Assembly: GCA_973851085.1 (NCBI GenBank)
Contig: OZ316776.1
Span: 1,612,001-1,676,000, forward strand
Source: Ptychomitrium polyphyllum
Taxonomy: Eukaryota
Direction: 5' to 3'
Length of the DNA stretch: 64,000 bases
A program made the translations under genes and the position numbers. Shown here piece by piece: positions 1 through 13,236 of the stretch. The notes under the pieces were generated by a model. That model saw nothing but the letters and a program-made list of their open reading frames with translations. It was not told where the DNA came from and did not search any database. Each line of letters opens with the position of its first letter. Within the stretch, counting starts at the first letter, position 1.

Positions 1-882
1 GCGACACCGTTCAAAGGACATCTAAATCGTCGAACAGATATCAGAATAAACCGTTCTCACAATTAACCTTTAGAATTTGCATTTCCAGTACACCAGCAAG
101 TACAGAATACCTGCAGCACATACTCTCGAAAGCCGCAGGGCCCAAGTTACACCAATCTTGGATAAAGATGAAAGAATCTTTAGTTAAAACGTTTATCGAA
201 AGCAACTCAAAGCAAGTTCTAGAGCATACTCCAGGATTTTTCCTTCAACTAACTTAAGTGCATTGAAATTTTGCTTTTGAGATGATCGGAAAGATGTAAA
301 GAATAGCAAGATTACGAATTTTAACTAATACGTGCACGTCCTCTCTGAACCGACAAAATGATATCAAGAGTGGAGATCAGTGGCCTGCACTCAAATAACT
401 TGAAAATGCACACAAAGTTCGTTGCGAAGCAAGAGCTACCGCCTTTCAGTGAGTGGAATAGTACCTACCTTGTTGAAAGAGCTCCAGAATTTGCTGCATC
501 CCGAAATCCATGCAAAGCGCTTGAAAGCTCAGTCGTGAACTCTTTGTGTTGCTTCGTATCAGTTACACCCACTTCCAGAAAAAGGACGTTGACGAAGGAT
601 AAATTACACAAAGACACATTGAGTATTGGAAGACTGCAATTAAACATCAACGGTTTGCAAATCCATTAATGTTCATTGCATTTGAATTTATGCAAATTTT
701 TAAACTAATAATAAAAGTAAGACAGACGCAAAAAAGTGCAAGAGAGTCCTAAACTGGGGTGATCATCCCTTCCTGAAGACTACATAACCCCACCTCACCT
801 CTTAATTGCAACTCCCTCAGACCTCAATTCACTAGAAACTGGAAGCCTCCAGTAGTAATAGAATCGGTGGTTACGCTACAAC

Positions 883-3726
883 CTAAACGTGAACTATACT
901 ATCGTGATAGAAATATGTGAAAAAGTACAACTTGAGGACCAAAGCCAAGCCGAGCTGGATTGCCGCTGAACTTGTGACTATAAGGAACCACCGTTCACTT
1001 GCTGTCTTTATGTGTGTCCGAATATTGATAGCCAGGAAACCAGCAGACATGACTCCCGCTACTCCCACCACCACCCACCTCATAATGTCCCATGGGGCAA
1101 CGCAGAGGAACTGAAAATTCACAAGAAAAAAATTGGTTACCTCCAGGAGTACCGCTGCATATTACTTTCTCATAGTTTAAGCTCCTACATCGGAGTACAA
1201 TAATTTGAGCTAACGAGGGACTACTGCATAACGAGCATTAACCACTGACATAACTGATACGAAGCAACACATGTCTTTACAATCAAATGAGAAGCAATAG
1301 CTCACCGAGGCTGGAATGAAGACAAAAAGGGAGTACCCATAGAGGCACCAGAGCTGTACAAGGCCTGAAATGACACCCAAGTACTTAAGGAGAAAGTAAA
1401 GGCCCAAAGGTACCACTCCAACATATCCATAGAACATGAAGGCTGCCCATGACACCTTGTTTACGTCATAATGCCAAGAATCGGCGTTGGTAGACAGGTA
1501 TGCTGCAAAGTTTCCCAATGCCGCTGTAACAAACACCAATGTTGAGCAGATCCAAAACGGTCCATACCTACACCAAAAAAATTGTTCAGATAATCAGGCG
1601 TAACTTTCTCAATCAGCAAACTGATTTGCAGAATAATGTCGATGGCAAACATAGATTTGAAGTTCTTAGTCCAAGTACGTAAAAAAGGACACTTGAGCGC
1701 AAACTTAAGCTTACATGTCAGGATTGTGGCTGGTTTTCTCAACAAAATCGCCCTTAAAGGGGAATAGTGAATCTCGAATACGCTCTAGAACTTCGGAAGT
1801 GTCTACATTAAAGTAGGGTCGATAAGAAACAACACTGAAGTAGCTCTGCCATCCTGCAGGCGCTGGTGATCCACTAAGCCCACCTTGACTTCCAGAGCCA
1901 GGCTTTGAGAATGAATCTGCTTGTAACATGAACTTGCAGTAAGAGAAGGAAGGAACATCACTAGCATAAAAAAGACAGTGCGGAAAATTACCAATAATAC
2001 GAACTAACAGACCAATACCAGAAAACCTCCTTTTGATAACACCATTTACATAATGGATGCAACAGAGAATGAGAACAACGACCATCGTGTAAATGATGCA
2101 CAAAAAAAGTAACTAATCACCAGGGAATAAATATAAACAACAGAAACATCGACTACGACCCCCAAGATAATGTTCAAATTGTACCAGAGGAAGGCATGAA
2201 AAATGTCATTACTGACATATGGTTAGATATTCTGCTCGAAGTATCAATTAGTACTCTTCAAGAATTGATGATCAAGCATAACCTTCAGTTCCAAGCTAAA
2301 GAAAATACTTGACACTAATTCGTTATCAGCGTTTGAGTGAGCAATAAAGAAGTATACTGCAAACAGTTCATGCGATACGAGGAAATCTGATCAAGATACA
2401 AAAGGTTGAGAACCACTTACCATCAGCATCCCGGGGAGGCTGAAATGATCCGACGAGTTTACCACGAGTATCATTTGGGGGAAAAGTTTGTAGATTAGAT
2501 TCTGCAGAAGTAACAAACAGTGATTGCCTTCAGCTACAGGTGATCCACTCTTATTTCAATATTACAGAGACAACTGAAATTCTCTGTAATCTTCCGTATT
2601 CACGTTATGGTAATCCTCACAATTTACATCATCTTCAAACCCAAAATCAGTCAATATTCTCAGTCTCCTCATTTCAGCAAACGTAACAGTAAATCAGACA
2701 CTCTTGGATCGCATTCTACGCATTCGATTTCTAGAGTTTGTAGAGTCGATAACTGTCGACGTTATCTCAGAATGCAAGGTCTCTGTAAGTTTCAGCTTCG
2801 ATGCACACTTCTCTAAGCCTTCAAATCAGATCCAGGATCTGAATGAGCTCAACCCTTGCGGTAAGCGTAAATTGTTCTCACCTTGAAACTGCAACACTCG
2901 ATCCGAACTTGCGGCCGCCTGTCAACAGCAACAAGGTCATTTGACATAAACAAATTATTCACTCCAGTTCGAATTCCTCTCGAACTTCATTCCACTGCAG
3001 CTCTAAATCCTCTTAAGACAAATTGAAATGTCAATTTAACTGCAACACGAAAGCCTCAACAGGACGCCAAAGTAGAACGGCTCAGACAACCACTTCCAAA
3101 TCTCGTCCCTTGAGAGGAAGAAACGCTCGAAACAAGAAAAAAACTCGCGAAAACGTGTTCTACACGGCATTGTTGATAGTGCCTTGCAGAATGAAACCGA
3201 AGAAAATATTGCTCACACCCGGCGCCTCAAGAGAAGCTTAAGAGATAATAACTTACTACCGACTACAACCCTAGCACAATGCTGGAAAATCGACGACCGC
3301 GTCATGCAGCTCTGACACGAACCAATGCTCTACGCATAGATCCGACGCCTCAGGATTCTAGAGTTTAACCTAACGCACGACTGTACGTGACGCTCGACCA
3401 CAGGTGTCACATACCTCAAGAACTGCACCACAAACCTCTCACCAACTCCAAATTCCCGAAAATTCTCCACGATCTATCCCTCGCGCTCACAGAAACAAGA
3501 AGAGTCAAAATCCGCCAAGACAGAAACTAAAAAGACTCCCTCTCTTCAGACGTTGATCGCCAACATTGGCGGATAACAAGAAACATGAGCGACGCTAATG
3601 CACTGTACGCGCCTGACTTCAACACATCGCCTAAAAAACGTTCTCTCTGAACAAGATGCAAAAAAATCATACCGGCACAGATCCGGAGACAATTTCGTTG
3701 CCGAGACTGTGGTAGCCGTTGGACAT
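883..3726 (-). CDS. Yip1-domain Golgi/ER membrane trafficking protein (YIPF1/2-like), 6 coding exons
   Basis: Exons 3726-3673, 2918-2882, 2501-2421, 1916-1715, 1567-1306, 1110-883, with GT..AG boundaries and consistent phase. Protein: MSNGYHSLGNEIVSGSVP..SNLQTFPP..YRPYFNVDTSEVLERIRDSLFPF..NPDMYGPFWICST..LWCLYGYSLFVFIPAS..ERWFLIV, matching plant Yip1 family motifs. Confidence 0.93.
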
Positions 3727-4688
3727 CTTGCCCCGCGGTGCTCTGCCGAGGGTTCGTCAGCAGAACGGAAGCACCAAGCCTCCAGATGAGTGCCGAGATG
3801 GCCGCCCTCCGTCGACGATGCAGCGATGTCCCGCCGTGGCGCCGCAGCAACGGAGAGGCGACCTCGTCACCTGAGCGAACACAATGGCGGAGGGCGGAGC
3901 TCGGAGCTCGGAGCTCGGATAGCTTCAACTGTTCTCTGCAACAAAGTGAGCGTCTCTCCTCACACAACACTCCAGAGGAGTTTGCTAGGTTCCCTTTTCC
4001 ACCTGATACCTACCCGATACCAGTTTTATACCCGTAATTTATCTCGGTTACTTCAGTATTATACTCAGGTGATACTAGGACTATACATAGGCGGGGGTAT
4101 CTTTAATAATGTCGAGGATCGTTCCGACGGAAGGAGAGACGAGGCTCCAACAAATTCCCTGTACGAGTGCCATGTGCGAGTCTTCACTAAAATAGTATTT
4201 AGAGTCCTTCATCTGTTACTGTCTATTTGGCACTTAGTAGGTGATGCTATTTGTCGACAGTATCCAAAGTCACCTACGGCACTTTCCACTTCATTTAGTT
4301 TCATTGGTAGACTTTTACAATTAGTGACTCTAAATGGTAAACTCTGGGCAGTTGGACTGGGAACGTGAAAGTCTGATTGGCGGAAAAAATTAGACTCTCG
4401 TTCGTCGTCTACATAATCGTTCGTGGACGAACGAAAGCTGGACGAAGGACGGATTTTTGGGAGGGCAGTGCCGATTGTTGCGCAGCGTCTGTTTTGTTCC
4501 TGTTTCTGTTTCTCTCTGTCTCCCGGTGCATGGTGGTGCTGCTGCCCAACTCATGTGGGGCTGCTGCTCCTCTTTGCAATCTCTGTCGCAACCTCCAGAA
4601 AACCTCACAAGCAATCGTTGCCGCTCACCGCCTTCACCCACTTTCACAGTACCCATACTCATTAGATATCTTCTCCCAACCAGGCACC

Positions 4689-7600
4689 ATGGCGACCGTC
4701 ATGATGAAGATCAAGGATATCGAAGATGAGGTAACCACCCCCTGGGATTCTCTCTTTTCCCTGGCTTGTCTTCTTGCCATTCCCATTCTTTCGTTTCTGG
4801 ATGGCTCCCAGATGTGAAAAAGATGTGGTTTTGGACCACTGGCTGATTCGGGTGACGAGAGCGGTGATGGAGGGCTCTGATTAGGTTAAGCTAGACGATC
4901 GCCTTCATTTTGTGTTCGGATAGTGGAACCTGGGAGGGTTTGGATGCCAGAGCTCTGTTTGTGTTTGGTAGTTCTGGGTTGGGGTTTTAGAAAATTTCGT
5001 GAATTTAGTTGTGAGTTCGTCGACTGAGTGGCGATTGAGAATCTCTGCTGAGAATATGGGTTGCAACTGTAGAGTGAGTGGAGTGGGGTGGAGTGAGGTT
5101 TACAGTTGTGGCGTTGTAGAGGTTTTTTCGTGAGGTGGATTAGTGAAGGGTTTAGGGTTAGGTTAGGGGAGTGCTAATTTGCTGAGCTGAGTTTTGAGAG
5201 TTGGTAGGAATGGAGAACAGCGCTGAATTTCGCTTTGGTGATTGCAGATGGCAAGGACTCAAAAGAACAAAGCCACCGCTCATCACTTGGGTCTCCTTAA
5301 GGTTAGTGGCTGATTTTGATTCTACAGTCTTTAGATAGATCCATGCTTGCGTCGACTGATCGGCTAGTGGAATTTTAAGTATTTGAGGCTGTGTCATTTT
5401 ACAGAAATGTCCTATTGGCACAGTAGTGTTGCAGAATGAGCATACAATTTATTATAGTTCAGGTTTAGGTTTTTGAGGAAGTGATTCTTTGTTTCCAATG
5501 ACCATACTGGGATAGCCGAAGTTATTTTTTTTCGCCAGGATTTTACAACTTCTTGCTGCTTTTGGGTTGTGTATGTGGTTGAAGATATAAGGACAGCGTA
5601 AACCAAGGCAGAGCGTTTGGGAGAGGTGTTGATTTAATAGGCGCGGTTTCAGTGTTGAGTGGTTTAAGTCTGATCTAGGAAGTGGTTGATTATTTATCTT
5701 ATAGGCAAAATTGGCTAAGTTGCGACGAGAGATCTTGGCACCACCGTCTTCCAAAGGTGGAGGTGCAGGCGAGGGATTTGATGTCACTAAAAGTGGGGAT
5801 TCACGAGTCGGGCTCGTTGGTTTTCCTTCTGTTGGCAAGTCAACCCTTCTTAACAAGCTCACAGGAACCTTTTCTGAGGTGTGTTATCTACCCTGAATTG
5901 AGTTATTTTGTTCGACATTTTCTGTTTCTTTGCGCTGTTACTTTCTTGCCAAATGGAGGAATCATCACATCCCAGTGACTTGAACAGTCTTTGCTCGAGT
6001 GTAAAGGACTAATCTGCTACAACTAACCATGTGGCTCTACACGTTTTTAATGCAAAATAATGACTGGCTTCATAGTATCGACATACTTTTCATATCATCG
6101 CCCTACACTGATTGAAACGAATAGCTCAAATCAAACTGTCAGTACATAAATGTTTTTATAGCTATATATCGATTCAAACTGGGAGATGCAATACTTAGAC
6201 TGTGAAAATTTGTTTTTGGTGCAGACTTATTGATGAACTCTATATGTGGTCTGGAAATGGTGCAGGTTGCTTCGTATGAGTTTACGACATTGACATGCGT
6301 TCCAGGTGTTATCAAATACCGTGGATCCAAAATTCAGGTTAGATTTGCGTGGAGATGGTTTGGTGCAAGGCTGATTATGATGTAAAGCTTGGTTCGCCTT
6401 GTTCAGTCAATTGACCGAGAGGCTGACCTATGACGCTGTAGATGTCAAAGTAATCTGTTGTATTCTTTTATGAGTTCCTGCAAAGTTAGCTGTCCACCTT
6501 CTGAGAGTATGTCCTGAGCATCTTGAATGAATTTCTGTCTGCAGCTTCTGGATCTTCCTGGAATTATTGAAGGCGCTAAGGACGGGAAAGGTCGAGGTCG
6601 GCAGGTTAGTTTCTGAACCTTTACCAGCTTCTCTAAGTTCGAGTTCTTTCCATACGAGAATGATTTTTTACACGATGTGATTTTCATTATCTTCACAGCC
6701 TTTCAGTTTGTGGCACGGTATACGGAAGGCATTTTAAATCTCGATGCTAATAGATGGCCCTGAAACAAAGGATTGTCAATTTTCTGAATATATTATTTGT
6801 CCATGATTATGTCGATGTCTATGCAGGTTATCAGTACTGCACGAACATGTAACTGCATATTGATCGTCTTGGATGCCATTAAACCTATCACGCATAAACG
6901 GCTGATCGAGAAAGAGCTGGAGGGCTTTGGCATCAGGTTTGTCCTGTAATTTTTCTTCTATCTTTGTGCTTTTGGTATGGCAATTTTATTCTGAAGAATC
7001 AGATGATGCACTGTCTTAAATCTGTTGCTTTTTATTTAAATGGTAAACAGCTATGTGTCAATTGCTGGAATACGGAAGGGAAATTTACGTTTGGTTTTTT
7101 CTGCAGGTTAAATAAGGAACCACCAAATATGGGTTTTAAAAGGAAAGATAAAGGTGGAATCAGTTTCACATCAACAGTCGCAAACACTCATTTGGATCTG
7201 GAAACTGTGAAGGCTATATGTGGGGAGTACAAGATTCATAATGCAGATATTTCCCTACGTTTTGATGCCACTGCGGATGACTTGATTGACGTGATCGAGG
7301 GAAACCGTATTTACATGCCCTGCGTTTATGTTGTCAACAAAATCGATCAAATCACAGTTGAAGAGCTTGAAGTGCTCGACAGATTACCCCACTACTGTCC
7401 TGTCAGGTATCAAAAGCGATTCTATCCGAGAGGCTTAGGTTTGAGGAAGCTTGTAAGTTACAGTCCTTGCATAGTCGTTGACGTAGGAAGTTTTAACTTT
7501 TTGAAGTTACGATGATGTCTCTGCTGGAGTTGGCGGTATGGTAGGTGAAGACTTTCAACTTGTTTCACATTTCTTTATGTTGCAGTGCTCATCTCGAGTG

Positions 7601-8285
7601 GAACCTGGACGGACTGTTGGATAAAATCTGGGAGTACCTGAATCTAATTCGAGTCTACACCAAACCAAAGGGCAATAGCCCTGATTATGAAGATCCTGTC
7701 ATCCTGTCAGCAAATAAGTGTACAGTCGAAGATTTTTGCGAGCGCATCCACAAAGATATGGTGAAGCAGTTCAAATTGTAAGTTTCGATCACTTGTTCCT
7801 CTTGGGATCATTATTATATCATTATTTACTTTTTAGAACTCCTCATTATTTGATCGTCTAGATTCGTTTGACAATGATCGATTCCTACTTACATGTCGAT
7901 ACTTATGGATGGCAGTGCTTTGGTCTGGGGTTCAAGTGCAAAACATAAACCACAGAGAGTGGGAAAAGTGAGCTTTTCGCTTCCGTTGCTTTTGAGTGAA
8001 TCTTCTTTTTTATAATTATTTTCGTTTCTGCAATATATATATTAGCTGCTGCTGTTATGATTATACTAGAACTAATTAGATTTTTGTATTGTGTACAAGT
8101 TTGTATGGAAGACAATTGGAAGGTCTGGGAAGTTGGTATCAACTCATGTCCATTTAGAATCAATCCCAAATATTCATTATTTTGTGTGATGTTGTCATCT
8201 TCTAATTGCATATGTCTGCATGTGGGAACTTCAGGAACACACATTGGAAGACGAGGATGTTGTCCAGATCATCAAGAAGGTATGA
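4689..8285 (+). CDS. DRG1: Developmentally regulated GTP-binding protein (OBG family, DRG1 type), 10 coding exons
   Basis: Exons 4689-4730, 5248-5301, 5705-5878, 6266-6337, 6545-6604, 6827-6936, 7107-7406, 7586-7777, 7916-7967, 8235-8285. Motifs: [19 protein letters not shown]1 [21 protein letters not shown], and a TGS-domain end [13 protein letters not shown]. Confidence 0.96.
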
Positions 8286-9443
8286 CATGTCACGGCTGGT
8301 GAGATGAGCTCGTCAAAAGATCTCGGTTTCAAGTGAAGCTTCAGGAAGGTTCTCAATAACCTGGCACTGTGACCGTCATGGAGGTCAGATTCCTCTACTT
8401 CAATCGAGTTGACTGAAACTCCAAAAAAATGTGAACCAGCTGCTGAAGTTGAGGTAGAGGAAACAAGAGTGTGGACAAGGGATAGGTGAGAACTGGTGGG
8501 TTCAAGCTAGCAGTTCCAGAATCAAGCAGGTAACGACGGCTGATCTGAGTGACTGCGATTTTATATGAGTCTAGCGCAATGAAGTATGATTTTCTAGATT
8601 AGTTTAGAAGCCAGATTCTCGAGGCTGCACAGGGTGATCAGAGTAAGGGAATTATCAGCATTAGAATGGATGGCAGGGCTTCACCTTGGTTTCCCACCCT
8701 ACAGTTTTGTAGTTTGCTGAGTAGTTGGTTTGGTAGAACAGAGGCGGTGGTTTTTCTCTGGAAATAGGAGCTGATATAAATCATTCCTGAGAAGGCTAAG
8801 TGGTCCCCATTCAGTTGAGGCAATCTCGTGTTCATGTTGAATATTAGCAAAGCGTTATGCTATGAATGAGTTTGTGATTGTGTTCTACTTATTCTTTCTG
8901 CAAGATAATGAGTGATTGACAAATGTTCCACTTTAACATAGTGCAAAATGATATTTTGAAATGTGATCAACGTGCAATCTACTCGGACCTTTTAGGAGCT
9001 GGCAATGGCATCTAGTCTGTTTGAATTACAGGCACAACGTTCTTCTCCACTGAGACTATTAATGTAGATAAAATCTTCTTAAGAGTGACCTGGTGGACGA
9101 ACATATTAATCAATATACACTTGAAAATAAAGAAATGACGAATTTCCGGTTGTGCAATGCGCAGGCTATAAGGAATAGACAATGATAATCTGTGCACATG
9201 AAATAATAACATAACAGCGTTCGGTGACGAGGTTCACATACTGGTATCATACACCTCCTTTCGTCTGATAATAGCCCAAGTCGAAACTTTCATGAGCTGA
9301 AAACATATTACAGAATATGAACCTACCCTGGCCACTGAAGCAGGAAGCAACTTTAACAAGAATTATTCAGCCTGGATCAAAGAAGCTGTGGATGACAAGT
9401 CAAGCTATTGCACTTATGTCGATCTTAAAAGAATGCAAGGGCC

Positions 9444-11339
9444 TCAAAACCTATTGGCGAGTCTCGGAAACGTCCGCAGCAATACAGCAAGTCCCTTCAA
9501 AGCCAGCTGTGATCATTCACAACCTTAAAGCTTAGATTCGTAACATATGCTACTCGGTATGCCGTATTTCATATACGAATAAAATAGAAATTAATTGCAA
9601 GGGCAAACAAGACTACCGGGAGTTGGCCTGATGGACAAGTGCGGATAAGTAAGCAATGCTATAGTTTTCAATCTCTTATCAGCAGATCAAGCAATATGGT
9701 CAATATCTCTAGTCGCAGGATTAAGAGTTTTAGGCTGACTCACTAGTGTAAAATCGCCGGGCTTGGTTGCCGACTCCACAGCATCTCTGCCATATCTGCA
9801 ATACGATTCACTGTACATCAGAAACTTCTCCAACGATATTTACATTGTGTACAAAATAGCAGCACGCTGACGAAGAATTGATATCTACCGTAGTAGTGAC
9901 GTGAAAGGCTTACACAAACTGTCGGTTGCCGTCGAGGACTTTGCAGCGGTAAAATCTACAACCCTTGCTGAATGGCAATGGCTTGCCCCTCCACTCTGTT
10001 CGATAATCAAAGAGACAATTCCTTTTATGAGGCACTATGTAAGCAACATGACTCTGAGGGAGAATAACATCAAGATAGCTTCTACTTTCACCATTCTTGC
10101 ATTCACTTTGTACCATGCAATTCATCGTGATTGTGATAAGCAGAAGAAGCACGCAGGTTGTGTATTCTACCTAGATGCCAAATCACACCAGCAGCATTCA
10201 GATCGCCAGTAGTAATGTCGTCTACTCTGAACTCCAACTCAGGACCAACAGAGTCCATAAACTTTTGGAAGAACTCTAGGATTGCCTGCGAAATGGGACA
10301 ATAACATCGTCAATGTAGAGCAAAGATATATGGCTAAGGCGAAACAAAAGACTATCCACAACTGAAACTCAGTGAAACTTCATGCGCTGGTGTCATGGCT
10401 CTTGTTTTGAACTCGCAGCTGGCAATGAAGATCACCTTCTCTGTTACATTACAGATGTATCTAACTGCATTTGCAAGAACTCAGCCCAATTCAGTAAATT
10501 CAGTTCACGGACACTATGCTACAAGATTTTAAAGTAACTATGCTATAATATATGAACGGCTTGGATTCTGCCATTTATCTGCCAGGCTATCAGGGTTTTG
10601 TTTGCTGCCTATACTGATATCCTACAGCTAATACTGAAGGGAATTACAATAGCTAGAGGTAAAAAATGTAATGCAAAAGAATCCTCCTCATAACTGCAGA
10701 AGTGATGTTTTTACTACAACGCTATTGCACATCTAACATTGTCGAAGTGCATAAACCTGCCGATTGAACTAGAACTCTATGCTATTCTAGTAAAGATGTT
10801 CTAATGTTTACGAGGGTTTTGTGTCCGAAGCAATCTACTGCAAAAATAGCTCCTCGTGATTCTCACCTTCCTTCCAGTAAAGGCTTCGGAAACACGAGGT
10901 CCTCGTAGACACAATCGTCCGCAAAGAGATCACCAATTTGAAGCAATCTCGCGTCGGTTGATGGCGGCGTAAAACTCGTGCACCATCACAGCCGCCTCTT
11001 TCTGCTTCTCCGCAGCCTCAGCAACGGCGACATGGACTTGGAAGCTCCGCCCCGCACACTCGCCCTCACGCCATCCGAAGACAGACTCTGCGCACTCTGC
11101 ACCACATGCGCACCGCTTCGCAATGACAACAACCTCCGCCTCGCAAACTCGCCACCGCATCTCTCAGTTCTCAAATCCAAGGGGAAACTCTCGGAGGAAT
11201 CGCACGTAGACAAGGCTAGCGGCTTCAAAACTGGAGCAGAGGCAGCAGTGAAGGCCGTCATAGGTATTGCCATAGCCGCAGCAGCGACAAAGGTTTGCAT
11301 CCACAGTTCACCTTCCGAGCTCTGCAACTCCACCATCAA
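9444..11339 (-). pseudogene. NTF2-like/SnoaL-like protein with putative plastid transit peptide; exon 1 frameshifted (pseudogene or assembly error)
   Basis: Exons 2-5 (10285-10171, 9995-9914, 9795-9744, 9506-9444) are clean and give AILEFFQKF..GVIWHLEWRGKPLPFSKGCRFY..YGRDAVESATKPG..RTFPRLANRF*. Exon 1 (down to 10867) needs frame changes to join FYAAINRRE / DCVYEDLVFP / TGRK, and has an in-frame TGA at 10932-10930. Confidence 0.75.
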
Positions 11340-12282
11340 CTATGCTCTGTCGATTGACTGATTGTTGTTTACGTCCTCCCAATCTATTCGGCTTCAACCA
11401 TCTCGAAACGTAGGCTTTGACATTTGTCGAGGAAAACCAAAAGAGATGATGTGTTCCCACTTTTCACAAGCCACATGTGGTTATGGCTGCAGCAGATGAT
11501 GAACTGTACTCTTTGACGCTTTTCAGGTATTCTAAGTGATGATGGCGTGAGCTCACATTCCTTGAGCTCAAATCAAATAAAAGAAACCTTTCTAGCCTGA
11601 ATATTCGACAATCGAGAAAACTTAACAGCTAAACAAAGATTCTGCAAGTGATGGCGCTACTGCTATGTGTGTAGCATTAAAAAGAACAAGTTCGCAGCGA
11701 AATGATTTGCGATTTGATTTCATGAATTGAAGTGCCATGGCCAATCTGAAGTTGAATTATCGTTTCTGCGTTGTGTTACATATGGCGAGTTCACTCATTC
11801 AATCATAAGGCGTTTAGTTTCTCTAGTTTACGAGTAATTCAATGTGCTTTAGACAGATAAAGAGATGCATAATCGACAAAGTGGAAGCTGCGGCTGTACA
11901 CCAAAAGAATGGAAACATTAAATTTCACAATTCTGTCTGGATTGGAGTTAACTGTCATCAAAGTGCAGCTTTTGATATCATCATTGCAACTCGATCAACA
12001 GGTTGATAACTTAATAGCTTTATTCACATACCGAGAAAGGAAACTGAAGTATCGTAGTTTTTTCACGAGAAGTAAAAAGATATGAAATCAGTTCTTTGCA
12101 ACCACTATAAAGCACTATATTTAATATTGCCTGAGATTTGTGTGATGCTCAAACGAGTCTCAAGCAACCAAAACTATAGCGCCATTATTCGAGGCGTAAG
12201 TTATTTGCACACTATATGGACAGGGGCGCTGATCTACCCTAACGAATTCACCACTCCATCTTCAAGATATATGTTGAAGCAG

Positions 12283-13005
12283 CTACTTGCGGAAGTTGCA
12301 GTCAACGCACAGGCAGTTCGGTGCGCACTTGCAATCGGTTTCGTTGTTCGTAGACCTTCCGCACCTGCAAGGAAACATTCGATAACGCTAAATGTTAAAC
12401 ATCAGACAGATACTAATCAAGAAGCAGGAACTTGTAAAACATGAACCTCATATCACAGGAAGAGAATAAGCGAACGATTACTCCACATGTAGAATCTGCC
12501 TATATGCACGAAACAAGAATCTCCCACACACACCATGTACTATCCTGTGTTTGAGAGCATGTAAATGAAGATCCCTTCACCTCGCGGAGCTTTTTCTATA
12601 CTAAATTATGAGTCAAACCATTATATTTGAAAGCCGAAAATAACACAGTACCATCTACACAGATATAGCGTTATATTACAAGAACTTCTCATATATTACA
12701 AAAACTTCTCATATAGGGAATATTTCACCACCAACAAGAAATGAACACAAATTAGACGCATGCGGCAAACACATGCTCCCAGCCATCGTCCATTCAATGC
12801 AACAGAAAAAACGAACGACGACCCAACCCTCTAAAACAACAGTTCGAGTTACAAGCGAAACATGGCCTACAACGGTACGTCCACCAACAAGGAGACACAA
12901 TCAAGCGCTAGCACAGGTCTACAGCACCGGAGGATCTACTTACGAGCAGTCCGCACAAGTGCAATCTGGACCGCACTTGCAGTCGGGGTTGCCGCAACCC
13001 TCCAT
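12283..13005 (-). CDS. Metallothionein, 47 aa, 2 exons (not in ORF track)
   Basis: Exon 1 13005-12944 (donor GTAAGT) and exon 2 12364-12283 (acceptor TTGCAG) are phase-consistent. They give MEGCGNPDCKCGPDCTCADCSCGRSTNNETDCKCAPNCLCVDCNFRK*, with 12 Cys in CxC motifs forming two clusters. Confidence 0.9.
12672..12714. repeat. ~20-bp tandem duplication in metallothionein intron
   Basis: tatattacaagaacttctca followed by tatattacaaaaacttctca. Confidence 0.7.
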
Positions 13006-13135
13006 GGTTATGATACCGCACAAAGCGGTCTCTCGAAAAATGGTACTAGACTGTCAACCGCTCTGTTTCTAGACTAAAGATCGAATGCAAAGCTCAACAC
13101 AGATGACACAACGCTGCTTTGCTCCCTCCGTCCTC

Positions 13136-13236
13136 TTTATACACATCGATTGTCAATAAACATATCACACCCGGCAGCATCACGGTCTTGAAACCTCACG
13201 CCATCAACGGCCGCAATGTATTGTTTCCACGTCGGC
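13136..13236 (-). promoter_or_regulatory. Metallothionein promoter: TATA box plus overlapping DRE/ABRE-like element
   Basis: Minus-strand TATAAA at 13141-13136, about 130 nt upstream of the ATG. GCCGACGTGG at 13236-13227 contains the DRE/CRT core GCCGAC overlapping the ABRE core ACGTGG. Confidence 0.55.

Noticed and set aside
3527..4817. Multiple long overlapping ORFs in the ORF track
   Set aside because: They span GC-rich UTR and promoter DNA of Yip1 and DRG1 and show no protein motifs; the real exons explain the region.
5302..5704. Intronic snoRNA in DRG1 intron 2
   Set aside because: No convincing C/D or H/ACA box pair is visible.
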